A stretch of DNA of 64,000 nt from Candidatus Saccharibacteria bacterium RIFCSPHIGHO2_12_FULL_41_12 (GTDB taxonomy: Bacteria > Patescibacteriota > Saccharimonadia > Saccharimonadales > 2-12-FULL-41-12), in assembly GCA_001790445.1 (NCBI GenBank), contig MGCQ01000009.1:150500-214499 (forward strand), read 5' to 3'. This document shows positions 10,615-18,748 of this stretch, piece by piece. Every line of letters begins with the position of its first letter. Positions within the stretch are counted from its first letter, which is position 1. The notes under the pieces were generated by a model that was not told the DNA's origin, did no database searches, and saw nothing but the letters and a program-made list of their open reading frames with translations. A program made the translations under genes and the position numbers.

Positions 10615-10881
10615 ATGACAGGAAGTTTTAATAGGTTTGAACGTAGTGCATTAGCAGAGCAAGCAGAGGACGTCAGAAGTATTATTGACGATTTATTCCC
10701 TGGAGTGAGATTTCAGCTAGTTCCTAGGAAAGTTGATGGAGCATGCGTTCTTGCTGCAAATATTCCGCCCGAAACTGATACAGCTGTGGTTGAAGATGTT
10801 ACATATGCTCTCAGAGAACTTGGCATAGCAAATATAGCGGAAGAAAACCTAGGACAACAAGGACCTCAGCAGGCTTTATGA
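10615..10881 (+). CDS. Hypothetical small acidic protein
   Basis: ORF 10576-10881. I prefer the internal ATG 10615 (MTGSFNRF), because TTGCAT-17-TAAAGT sits just upstream. No recognisable motif. Confidence 0.35.
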   Translation: MTGSFNRFERSALAEQAEDVRSIIDDLFPGVRFQLVPRKVDGACVLAANIPPETDTAVVEDVTYALRELGIANIAEENLGQQGPQQAL

Positions 10882-10892
10882 AACGCTCGTGC

Positions 10893-10920
10893 TTGCAAGT
10901 TTTAATCAATAGGATAGAAT
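10893..10920 (+). promoter_or_regulatory. sigma70-type promoter, -10 located 7 nt before ATG 10928
   Basis: TTGCAA (10893-10898), 16-nt spacer, TAGAAT (10915-10920), then acacatt and ATG. Confidence 0.5.
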
Positions 10921-10927
10921 ACACATT

Positions 10928-11452
10928 ATGACTCAACCAAGAACACCAGAAACTATCGGAACAGGTGAACCGACTCCCCAGGGGGCAGAAAGAATATTCA
11001 TAGTTCCGGTCATGTTTGATTGTGAGCATTTTCAAGAAGGCAAACAACAAATTCGCAGAATATATAAACCAAAGGATAGCGGTGGATGGGACGTATTCAC
11101 TCATACAAAAACTGCCTTCGGAGATTCTTATACTAGAGAAACTCAAGATCACGAAGGTGTTACCAGGGGCTTACCAAGCCAACCTAAGGGGAGTGTTTTT
11201 GATAAAGTTTGGGGGTTGGAAAATCCAAAGCTAGAGTTTACAAGATTCAGGATACCTTACGGAGACCACACTATTTTATACGACGAGTACGGTGGAGAAC
11301 TAAGCGGGCTTAGGATAGCCAACGTTGAATTGAGCGATGAAACTAAAACTCAGGCGGAAGCTTTTGAACCACCAGCTTGGTTTGGTGATGGAGTAACAGG
11401 CAATCAAGATTTTGACCCTCTTGCATTAGCTACCAAAGGTTCACCTGTTTAG
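10928..11452 (+). CDS. CYTH-like domain protein (degenerate ExExK)
   Basis: 174 aa. AERIFIV occupies the position of the EIERKFL strand. TKTAFGDSYTRETQDHE and FTRFRIPYGDHTILYDEYGGELSGLRIANVELSDE...FEPPAWFGDGVTGNQDFDPLALA follow the CYTH strand order, including the C-terminal P-W-x-G-x-x-VT motif. Confidence 0.5.
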   Translation: MTQPRTPETIGTGEPTPQGAERIFIVPVMFDCEHFQEGKQQIRRIYKPKDSGGWDVFTHTKTAFGDSYTRETQDHEGVTRGLPSQPKGSVFDKVWGLENPKLEFTRFRIPYGDHTILYDEYGGELSGLRIANVELSDETKTQAEAFEPPAWFGDGVTGNQDFDPLALATKGSPV

Positions 11453-11775
11453 TTAAACAGATAAAACGGTGGGGTGGCGATTTCTCTCAACAAATAATAT
11501 CCTATTAATATTCCGACAATATTAAACAAAATGTCAGAGAAAGAGTTCAGTGGTCCTTCGTAGCCGAACCCAATACCGTATTTGGCTAATATTGGCGAAA
11601 TAACAAATATCTCAATCGGCTCCCAGAGGGTCATAATTGCCAAAACTACCCAAGGACTCATCACCCAAGCAAGCAACATGCTATAGATGATATGCGTAAT
11701 ACTCCAAGCATCAAGAAAAGAGTTATTGCGCGCTGGGTCAAATTCGAATTTCGGCTTCATGCCATCAAGATACAC
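11449..11775 (-). CDS. Small integral membrane protein, unknown function
   Basis: 108-aa ORF with three hydrophobic helices. It is convergent with, and overlaps by 4 nt, the CYTH-like gene. Confidence 0.4.
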   Translation of the reverse strand: MYLDGMKPKFEFDPARNNSFLDAWSITHIIYSMLLAWVMSPWVVLAIMTLWEPIEIFVISPILAKYGIGFGYEGPLNSFSDILFNIVGILIGYYLLREIATPPFYLFN

Positions 11776-11827
11776 TAATACTTACAGATTCACAACAGTC
11801 AATATTGCAAAATATATAATTTTATGT

Positions 11828-11833
11828 TAAAGT
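11828..11833 (+). promoter_or_regulatory. -10 box TAAAGT, 6 nt before ATG 11840
   Basis: tgtTAAAGTaggcaaATG. Confidence 0.4.
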
Positions 11834-11839
11834 AGGCAA

Positions 11840-12349
11840 ATGTCAAAAATGTCATTTCCTGAAGAAAAGAAACATATAGAAGTCGGCGGTGGTGATGATT
11901 GGGCTAAATTAAAACTTGCTGGGGTGTTAGAGACACTTGGTCTGGGGCCATGTGTCGGAGTGGGTGTTTATAGCAAAGTACCAAAAATAGGTTTTCTAGG
12001 GCACTTTATCGTCGGAAATACCGAACAATTAAATACTATGTTACAAGATGCGGAAAAAGAAATTAGGTATCCAGCAACAGCACAGCTATGGGTTGGTGGC
12101 GGTTCGATAGCACCTTTAGAAGATTCAGAATTAAGCAACGAAATGATTTTAGAATATCGTGCCACAATAGAACAAGCACTAGAAGATACATTTGGCCCAT
12201 TAGAGGGTAGGATCAAAAGAGATTGGCTAAATGAAAATTCATGTATAGACTGTAGTTTAAATGTTAGGACAGGAGAAATTCATACTGAGATAACACCAGT
12301 AATACCAGATGATAATGATCCTCCGCCAGAACACAGAACCCTCTATTGA
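11840..12349 (+). CDS. Hypothetical protein with CheD-like (LGxC...H) signature
   Basis: 169 aa. ETLGLGPCVGVGVYSKVPKIGFLGHFIV resembles the CheD deamidase T-LGSCV...GG-x-H block. LWVGGGS resembles the later K-x-x-GGA strand. Confidence 0.35.
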   Translation: MSKMSFPEEKKHIEVGGGDDWAKLKLAGVLETLGLGPCVGVGVYSKVPKIGFLGHFIVGNTEQLNTMLQDAEKEIRYPATAQLWVGGGSIAPLEDSELSNEMILEYRATIEQALEDTFGPLEGRIKRDWLNENSCIDCSLNVRTGEIHTEITPVIPDDNDPPPEHRTLY

Positions 12350-12445
12350 TAAGCATTTGTTACGAGATCTTGGTTCTCGTAAATGTTATACTAATTAGTA
12401 ACGTTATATATTATGAATATGGTTCGCAGAAAGGACTACTAAATA

Positions 12446-13252
12446 GTGAAGTTACTAAACGGCTTAGAAGTCGCCTCTTATATAAAACAACGACAACTCA
12501 AGACAGTCAGCGGACTAGTCCAGAGTCGTGGCATAACTCCAAAACTGGCTATCATTAGGACAAATCCGGACCCAGTCGTCAATAGCTATATGAAGATCAA
12601 GACCAATTATGGCATGGATATTGGAGCATTGGCAGAAGTTCATAATATCGACCAAAGTGAAGCAGTAGAACTCATTAAAAAATTGAACAAAGATGATTCT
12701 GTCCACGGCATAATTGTCCAGATACCTTTGCCTGATCGGTCCCTAACAGAGGACGTCTTAAATGCAGTTTCTTTAGAAAAGGACGTCGATGGGCTCGGAG
12801 AGGGGTCCTCTTTTGAATGTCCAACACCACTGGCAATTCTTTGGCTTTTGGCTGGGTATAATATTGATTTAAGGGATAAAAAAATTCTAATTGTTGGTCT
12901 GGGGAAACTTGTTGGTAAACCGCTGATGGCCATGATGGAGGCTTCTGGATACGATGTATCTGGTGCTGACAAAAAAGTTAAAGATCTTAAAGCTGAGACT
13001 CTGAAGGCAGACGTAGTCATTACTTGTACCGGTGTGCCGGCACTAATAACTAGTGATATGGTCAAACCAAATGCAGTTATTGTTGATGCTGGGGTAGCCA
13101 CCGACAAAAACGGACTGGTTGGTGATGTGGCTGATGACGTCCGGGCGATGCCAGACATCACAATCACCCCGCTCAAAGGCGGAGTTGGCCCACTAACAGT
13201 CACTGCTCTTTATGAAAACTTACTTATAGCGGCTCGTAATCAGCTGGGATAG
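12446..13252 (+). CDS. folD: Bifunctional methylenetetrahydrofolate dehydrogenase/methenyl-THF cyclohydrolase
   Basis: 268 aa, GTG start. Motifs: GIIVQIPLP, KDVDGL, VVITCTGVP, ITPLKGGVGPLTVTAL. Confidence 0.9.
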   Translation: MKLLNGLEVASYIKQRQLKTVSGLVQSRGITPKLAIIRTNPDPVVNSYMKIKTNYGMDIGALAEVHNIDQSEAVELIKKLNKDDSVHGIIVQIPLPDRSLTEDVLNAVSLEKDVDGLGEGSSFECPTPLAILWLLAGYNIDLRDKKILIVGLGKLVGKPLMAMMEASGYDVSGADKKVKDLKAETLKADVVITCTGVPALITSDMVKPNAVIVDAGVATDKNGLVGDVADDVRAMPDITITPLKGGVGPLTVTALYENLLIAARNQLG

Positions 13253-14477
13253 AATGTTCTGCTCGGGCAGAGTGATCATAATTATTTGTTAGATCAAAAG
13301 CCTTTAGAGAAGGATATTTTTCTGTAAGTTGAGCCATAGCCCAGCGACATTCATCGATCGTGCCAACGCACTCGAGTGGTTTTGATTGGTCCATGCCAAC
13401 AAGCATTTTATATGTTTGCACAAGGTCTGGGTCCAAAAGCAAATTTTTCCCACCAAATAATTTCATAAGTTTTGACTCATCGATATAGTTAGCTAGCCCC
13501 AGATAGACAAAGGCGCATTTTGGGCACTTGCCACACCAAAATAATTGGTCCGAACTTTGGACGAAAGCCCTGTTGCAAGAGCTGAATACTCCGCTGTATT
13601 TATCGAAATACTTAGTGAACATTTCGCATATTTGCAGTTCGCTTAAGTTTCTAAGATATGAAAAATATCTGATGCTGTCGCCAAAATTCTCGGCTAAAAT
13701 GTCTTGGAAGTCTTGCTCAAACTCCAAAGATTTTGAATACTGATGGTTAATTTCTATTCCTCGGTAGGTTAGGGTCGGTTCATTGGCAGCAGCTTCGTTT
13801 GAGAAAATGACATCTTTTTTGCCCACTAAAATTGCCAACACAACGCCAATGCTGGCAAAGATTGCAGATACCGGGATATGCCCGTTATATGCTCCAAGTA
13901 AGCTTTTTTTAACAAGTTGTTCGTCTATTTTTCTACTCACAAAACAATGTTGCGTGTTTAGTTTAGCGACCAGAGGCTCGAGTTGCTGCCTGTGACCAAG
14001 TGACCATGTAGCGGTGTCGTGATCTCTTAGTTTTTCAACGGTAACAATTGAATCTTTACCCCCGCCAATTCCGATCAATGCTCCGCTACTGTTAACCTCA
14101 AGTTTCTCTGGCGGGTCACTAGTTACTGGGAAGTTAATTGGCGTTTTCGGATCCAAATTATTGACATAAAAAAACTCACCCAAACCCTTTTGGTAGGTTT
14201 TGGACAAGAAGTCTGCCAAATTTTGATCTACCTCAAGGTTTTTGTAGCTGACCAGGGGCGGCAGATAGGTTTTGTAGTATGAAACACCAGCGATCAAAAA
14301 GGCAACTACGCAGGCCCGATCAAGCGCCTTTTGATCTAGGTTTTTATCAATCTCTACATCAAATTGATATTCTTCGGTAAAATGTAATTGCTCATCGATA
14401 GAATATTTGAAAATGAGCGTCTTAGTGTCCGAGTCAAACGTGTACTCGTCAAAGCTGAATGTTTGATATTGGCTCAT
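13224..14477 (-). CDS. PP-loop-like ATPase-fold protein with C-terminal Cys cluster; candidate MurL-type UDP-MurNAc-L-Ala-L-Glu epimerase
   Basis: 417 aa. GALIGIGGGKDSIVT is SGGxDS-like and CGKCPKCAFVY is a QueC-like CxxCxxC. Its start overlaps the murD stop by 4 nt (14474-14477). The MurL assignment is context-based inference. Confidence 0.4.
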   Translation of the reverse strand: MSQYQTFSFDEYTFDSDTKTLIFKYSIDEQLHFTEEYQFDVEIDKNLDQKALDRACVVAFLIAGVSYYKTYLPPLVSYKNLEVDQNLADFLSKTYQKGLGEFFYVNNLDPKTPINFPVTSDPPEKLEVNSSGALIGIGGGKDSIVTVEKLRDHDTATWSLGHRQQLEPLVAKLNTQHCFVSRKIDEQLVKKSLLGAYNGHIPVSAIFASIGVVLAILVGKKDVIFSNEAAANEPTLTYRGIEINHQYSKSLEFEQDFQDILAENFGDSIRYFSYLRNLSELQICEMFTKYFDKYSGVFSSCNRAFVQSSDQLFWCGKCPKCAFVYLGLANYIDESKLMKLFGGKNLLLDPDLVQTYKMLVGMDQSKPLECVGTIDECRWAMAQLTEKYPSLKAFDLTNNYDHSARAEHSIPADYEPL

Positions 14478-15787
14478 AATTTATTGACAGATTCATTAAA
14501 TTTATCTCCCCGCTCTTGAAAGTTCTTGAACATATCAAAACTAGGGAAAGCCGGGCTGAGCACGACAGCGTCGCCACTTTTCGCAAAACTTTGGGCCAGT
14601 TTAACGATTTCAGAGATGTCTTTGCTACCTGTCACGGTAAAATTACCGTAGCCTGCTTGTTCAAGTTCTCCCGACACTCGCGCACTTGACTCACCAATGA
14701 GCAAAATCTTTCTGATCGATTGACTATTTTTGATGATTTCTTGACACAGTGTGCCTAGATCGAGCATTCTGTCGCGTCCGCCGATGATAACTACTTTTGG
14801 CTCGACTAGTGCGTTAATAGCTGCTTTGCAAGATCCAGGAGCAGTAGAGAATGAGTCGTTATAGAATTTTACGCCGTTGATTTCTCTGACAAGTTCAATT
14901 CTATATGGCAAGTTGGTCATAGTAGTAACAACTTGCCGAATTGCGTCGACGTTTTTATCTATCTGCCAGAAGGCGGTGATAGCGGCGCAGATATTTTGCC
15001 AGTTGTGTTTGCCTATTAGTTTGATCTCGCTAGTGTCGCAAATTTTTTGGTTTTCTACCCCAATCTCTCTGTCGCCACGTACGTTGGCGCCATGTTCGCC
15101 CATATATCCGACAAGTCGTCCTTCGCTTGCGCTGGCAATTTCCTCTGAATTTTCGTTTCCGGCAAAGTATATGGCAAAATCATCTTCACTCTGATGTATG
15201 AATAGTTGTTGTTTTGCAGAAATATATTCCTCCTCGTCCTCGTGCCAGTCTAGATGTTCAGGCTCAACCATAACGCAGACAGCTATATGGGGCGAATATT
15301 TTAGATCAATCAGCTGAAAGTTAGCCAGTTCTATAACTACCCAGTCATCAGGACCAATTTGGTCAATCAACTCTAGTGGGGGAGTCCCAATATTACCAAT
15401 AAGATGCGTTTTGTGGCCAGATGATTCCAGCATTTTGGCTATCAGCGTACAGGTAGTGCCTTTGCCTTTAGTGCCAGTCACACCAATTATATTTTTGGTC
15501 GGACAAACACGGAAGAACTCGTTAGTGTTGCTGGTGACTTTCTCTAGGATATTTGGATTTTCGGGGTTTGCCCGGAGTATTTGGCTGGGGTGAATTATTG
15601 GCGTTCGTACGATAGTGTCATATTGATCAAGATCAGCGATATAGTCAGCACCAAGTTTGCCACTAACACCGTCAGGTAGCGGGATATCAGCGTTGCTATC
15701 TGCAACAGTTATATTGTCCTCTCGCTTTTGCCAATATGCCAGGGAACTTTTGCCTTGACCACCAAATCCCAAAATAACTACGTTCAT
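14474..15787 (-). CDS. murD: UDP-N-acetylmuramoyl-L-alanine--glutamate ligase (MurD or MurD2 type)
   Basis: 437 aa. MNVVILGFGGQGKS is the N-terminal Rossmann region and GVTGTKGKGTTCTLIAKML is the Mur ligase P-loop. The domain order is that of MurD. Confidence 0.85.
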   Translation of the reverse strand: MNVVILGFGGQGKSSLAYWQKREDNITVADSNADIPLPDGVSGKLGADYIADLDQYDTIVRTPIIHPSQILRANPENPNILEKVTSNTNEFFRVCPTKNIIGVTGTKGKGTTCTLIAKMLESSGHKTHLIGNIGTPPLELIDQIGPDDWVVIELANFQLIDLKYSPHIAVCVMVEPEHLDWHEDEEEYISAKQQLFIHQSEDDFAIYFAGNENSEEIASASEGRLVGYMGEHGANVRGDREIGVENQKICDTSEIKLIGKHNWQNICAAITAFWQIDKNVDAIRQVVTTMTNLPYRIELVREINGVKFYNDSFSTAPGSCKAAINALVEPKVVIIGGRDRMLDLGTLCQEIIKNSQSIRKILLIGESSARVSGELEQAGYGNFTVTGSKDISEIVKLAQSFAKSGDAVVLSPAFPSFDMFKNFQERGDKFNESVNKL

Positions 15788-15794
15788 CTAACCC

Positions 15795-15800
15795 ATTATA
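15795..15800 (-). promoter_or_regulatory. -10 box TATAAT, 7 nt before murD ATG 15787
   Basis: The minus strand reads tagTATATAATgggttagATG. Confidence 0.45.
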
Positions 15801-15840
15801 TACTATTTTGCTGATCAAGGAGACATATAATATAACCATC

Positions 15841-15869
15841 TTGACAATAAATAATGCTTGTGCTATAGT
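15841..15869 (+). promoter_or_regulatory. Consensus-like sigma70 promoter
   Basis: TTGACA (15841-15846), exactly 17 nt, TATAGT (15864-15869). ATG 15880 lies 10 nt after the -10, so the leader is only a few nt. Confidence 0.55.
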
Positions 15870-15879
15870 AACTTTAGTT

Positions 15880-16827
15880 ATGTCAGAGATTTTGAGAGTA
15901 GTAGGAGAAGAGATACTTCAAGCAGGAGAAGAGGCACTTCCATATGCTGTAGCGACAGTTGGAGCAATAGGAGGAAATTTTCTCGATCGTATTAATAGAA
16001 AAAAAGCCCAAGGTCAGGCTGAGGATTTTTCTGGTGTCCTTGGATCCCAACATTTACAAACGGATTCAGCTGAAGTTATTCAAGAGAGTAGAATAGACAG
16101 GATAAAAAAAGGAATTGGTGTGATGACCTGTGTTGGAGCAGTAGCGGGTGGTCTAGTTGGAGCTGCTCTTTCATTTGATTATAAAGAACCAACAAATAGT
16201 GCAGAGCCAGTCCAATTAATTGTAGATAGAACAGGCGAAACTCGCACAAAAGATGATGCTAAACCAAAAGAAACAATAGATAGAATTGTATCTGTAATGA
16301 ATGCCAAGTTTGGAGATGATGTCGGAATCCAAGTTGCTTACAATGGGAATGCCAGAAAGATGAGCTACGAAGAACTTAAAAATACTATACCCCAGGGTAC
16401 TGATTCTGTGGCACAAGCTTTGAAGGCAGGCGCATTAGGAGCAAAAGAATCCAATGTTGTAGTTTTAGCATATGGTGACAAAGAAGGCCTCCCTCCTTTT
16501 GATGAAATCAAGGGTGACAAAGCGGAAGAGGACGAACTTACTGTTATAAGCGTAGGTGGTCATTCAGGATCGATGGAAGAATATGCTAAAAAATCTAGTG
16601 GACAGTATTTTGAAGCCAATCCATCAAATGCTGAAGAAGTTGCTGAGAATGTTGCAAAATCAATAGACCCTAAAGCAGAAGACGGCGAAATTGATTTTAG
16701 AATGCCTTTTAGGGACAGGTTAGCTCTGAGCGGACTTGCTGTAATAGGATTCCTAGGAGCCCGAAGTGCTTCACGTCGCAAGAAGATTATCCGACAAGGC
16801 AATAACGTAACCCAGATAGGAGCCTAA
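15880..16827 (+). CDS. vWA-like domain protein with C-terminal membrane anchor
   Basis: I prefer ATG 15880 (MSEILRVV) to the track start 15808. LIVDRTGET is MIDAS-like DxTxT. GTDSVAQALKAG and VVVLAYGDKEG follow the vWA strand order. The C-terminal hydrophobic stretch LALSGLAVIGFLGA is followed by RSASRRKK. Confidence 0.4.
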   Translation: MSEILRVVGEEILQAGEEALPYAVATVGAIGGNFLDRINRKKAQGQAEDFSGVLGSQHLQTDSAEVIQESRIDRIKKGIGVMTCVGAVAGGLVGAALSFDYKEPTNSAEPVQLIVDRTGETRTKDDAKPKETIDRIVSVMNAKFGDDVGIQVAYNGNARKMSYEELKNTIPQGTDSVAQALKAGALGAKESNVVVLAYGDKEGLPPFDEIKGDKAEEDELTVISVGGHSGSMEEYAKKSSGQYFEANPSNAEEVAENVAKSIDPKAEDGEIDFRMPFRDRLALSGLAVIGFLGARSASRRKKIIRQGNNVTQIGA

Positions 16828-16829
16828 AT

Positions 16830-17783
16830 ATGAGTGAATTAGCAAAAAATTTTGAAACAAATGCAACAACGCAATTAAGTGCTGTCATGAAAGATGGTGA
16901 AGCTCACATAATGACAACAATTACCGGAATCGTTGCAGGTGAGAGTATAGTCTACGGAGGCCCTCCAGGTGGTAGTAAGACAAACCTCATGAGAGCTGTA
17001 CCTAAGCTTATAGGAGATATCACTCCTGAAATGGTGGCCGAGCTTTCGCCACTTGCCGATACTACACCAAAAGAAAACGTTGGTTCTGTAGTTGAAGTAG
17101 AAGGTAAGAAAACATATATCCCTGGTGCTATTAGACGTGAGACCAGATTTCTATTGGACGACGATGGTTCGAGGAAGAACCCATATACGCAGGATTCCCT
17201 GTTGGGTGTTAGAGAAGGTGGATATGTGTTGATAGCAGGTGATAAATTTTATGTGGATCTTTTGGCAGATATTCAGACGCTCAATGCCAGCAAACCAGGT
17301 CAGCCAATCTTTAAGCTATCAGAAGCTGGTGCCTCACGTTCAGGAGCTGGTACTATTTTCGGCAAGACAAGTGAGGATACAATGAAAGATCTTTTTGGTC
17401 GTAAATTTATTCCATCTGAAGTTACTGCCATTACTTCAATAGAAGAGCTAGAGCAATTGATAAAAGAGGCCAAAGATTATAGAGGTACTTCAGACTCACT
17501 TGACACAGCTGCAGCTAAAATGACGGCAAGAATTAGAGAAGCTCACGAGGAAATACTTGGATATTCAGAAGCAGGTGGTCGTATGGCCAGACAGCTCGGT
17601 AATTTAGTGGCAGCTAGATTAGTCCTTTCTAATGAAAAAGACGGATCAAGTGTTGGAGAGATGAATGCACTGCACCTTGCTGCTGGTATGATCATAGATG
17701 CAAGAGTCAGTGGTCTATCACCTAAGCCTGAGGAACACGCAGAAGCTATCCGTCAAAGAGCTGGCGTAGAACAAGTATTATAA
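16830..17783 (+). CDS. MoxR-like AAA+ ATPase, divergent
   Basis: 317 aa. Walker A is GESIVYGGPPGGSKTNL. Walker-B-like RFLLDDDGSR. LLGVREGGYVLIAGDKF and QTLNASKPGQPIFKLSEAGASRSG are collinear with the MoxR blocks LLEAMQE..V and ATQNP.E..G...LPEAQLDRF. SD AGGAG lies upstream. Confidence 0.55.
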   Translation: MSELAKNFETNATTQLSAVMKDGEAHIMTTITGIVAGESIVYGGPPGGSKTNLMRAVPKLIGDITPEMVAELSPLADTTPKENVGSVVEVEGKKTYIPGAIRRETRFLLDDDGSRKNPYTQDSLLGVREGGYVLIAGDKFYVDLLADIQTLNASKPGQPIFKLSEAGASRSGAGTIFGKTSEDTMKDLFGRKFIPSEVTAITSIEELEQLIKEAKDYRGTSDSLDTAAAKMTARIREAHEEILGYSEAGGRMARQLGNLVAARLVLSNEKDGSSVGEMNALHLAAGMIIDARVSGLSPKPEEHAEAIRQRAGVEQVL

Positions 17784-17802
17784 TAATTAGCTAGGGGCAA
17801 CC

Positions 17803-18618
17803 ATGCGAACAAATCAAGAAATATTGCCTTTGACTCAAGCAAAGCTTGAGGAAGTAGACGCCCAGACTATAGGAATAGGTAGTCGACTGAATACTTCGGA
17901 ATTCATGCCGATGGGAATTGTTCCAGTATTTTCTGAACAGTACGATCCAAGTGTTCATAATCCGTCTCAAATAGATTATAGAAGCTCGATGGCTATAGCA
18001 ACTGGTGAGCCTTATGTCACCCATAAGTTTGGTATAGTGCCTCTAAGAGTAGAGGTAGTTTCAGGAAGGGTATCAAAAAATGATATCTCCGAAATAGCAG
18101 AACTAAAACAGTCATCTGTAAATACGATCACAAATTTAGTCGAGGCTTCTTTGCCGCGTATGGGCGATCATGTTGTTAATCATGGAGCTGTGTTTGAAAG
18201 AGATATATTAGGTAATCAAGAGCGGGATGCGGATATCCGTATCGTAATAGGTGATTTCGCAAGTGTTGGCGCTGGGCTTGCCAGGCCATCATATGAAGCA
18301 ACCCCTACGGTGCTTGTTAAGGTCAATCACATATTAGAGCGTGATGTGCCGCCAAATATAGGAACTGTGCAACTTGCAGCCAACCAAGAGCCTTTAGATA
18401 CTTCTAATTCAGAGAAGTTACAGAACTATAATCACAATCTAGAATTAGTGCACCAAGAACAGGTATCAAGATTAGAAAAGCTTGGTTTTGTTGTTGCCTC
18501 AACTGTCATTGATCCTAGGACTACTCGTGAGAGTGGTGCAATAGTAGGCTTGTCAGTTGATGATTTGGACAAGGATTTAGCCGACGCAGTACAGGCTGTA
18601 GTGTACCGCCAAAGGTAA
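17803..18618 (+). CDS. Hypothetical protein (third gene of the vWA/MoxR group)
   Basis: 271-aa ORF, co-directional, 19 nt after the MoxR-like gene. No motif recognised. Confidence 0.4.
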   Translation: MRTNQEILPLTQAKLEEVDAQTIGIGSRLNTSEFMPMGIVPVFSEQYDPSVHNPSQIDYRSSMAIATGEPYVTHKFGIVPLRVEVVSGRVSKNDISEIAELKQSSVNTITNLVEASLPRMGDHVVNHGAVFERDILGNQERDADIRIVIGDFASVGAGLARPSYEATPTVLVKVNHILERDVPPNIGTVQLAANQEPLDTSNSEKLQNYNHNLELVHQEQVSRLEKLGFVVASTVIDPRTTRESGAIVGLSVDDLDKDLADAVQAVVYRQR

Positions 18619-18643
18619 GCACTAGCAGTAATATAAAATAGAC

Positions 18644-18672
18644 TTGACAATACATCTACGCACTGCTATAAT
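18644..18672 (+). promoter_or_regulatory. Perfect-consensus sigma70 promoter
   Basis: TTGACA (18644-18649), 17 nt, TATAAT (18667-18672). A roughly 70-nt leader with SD GAGGAG precedes ATG 18749. Confidence 0.65.
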
Positions 18673-18748
18673 AACAATCAAATCCTTAAGTTGAGGTGGA
18701 GCAAGACTTACAGGTGGAAGAGCAATAATAAGTTTTCGAGGAGTTTAT

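Noticed and set aside
12346-12558. 70-aa ORF overlapping the folD start.
   Set aside because: It is in a different frame from folD, whose N-terminus (MKLLNGLEVASYIKQ) is typical. It has no independent signals.
15788-15879. Strand switch (mostly minus-strand genes to the left, mostly plus-strand genes to the right) as a possible replication origin.
   Set aside because: There is no dnaA gene, DnaA-box cluster or AT-rich unwinding element. Plus-strand genes also occur at 10.6-13.2 kb. It is better explained as a divergent promoter region.
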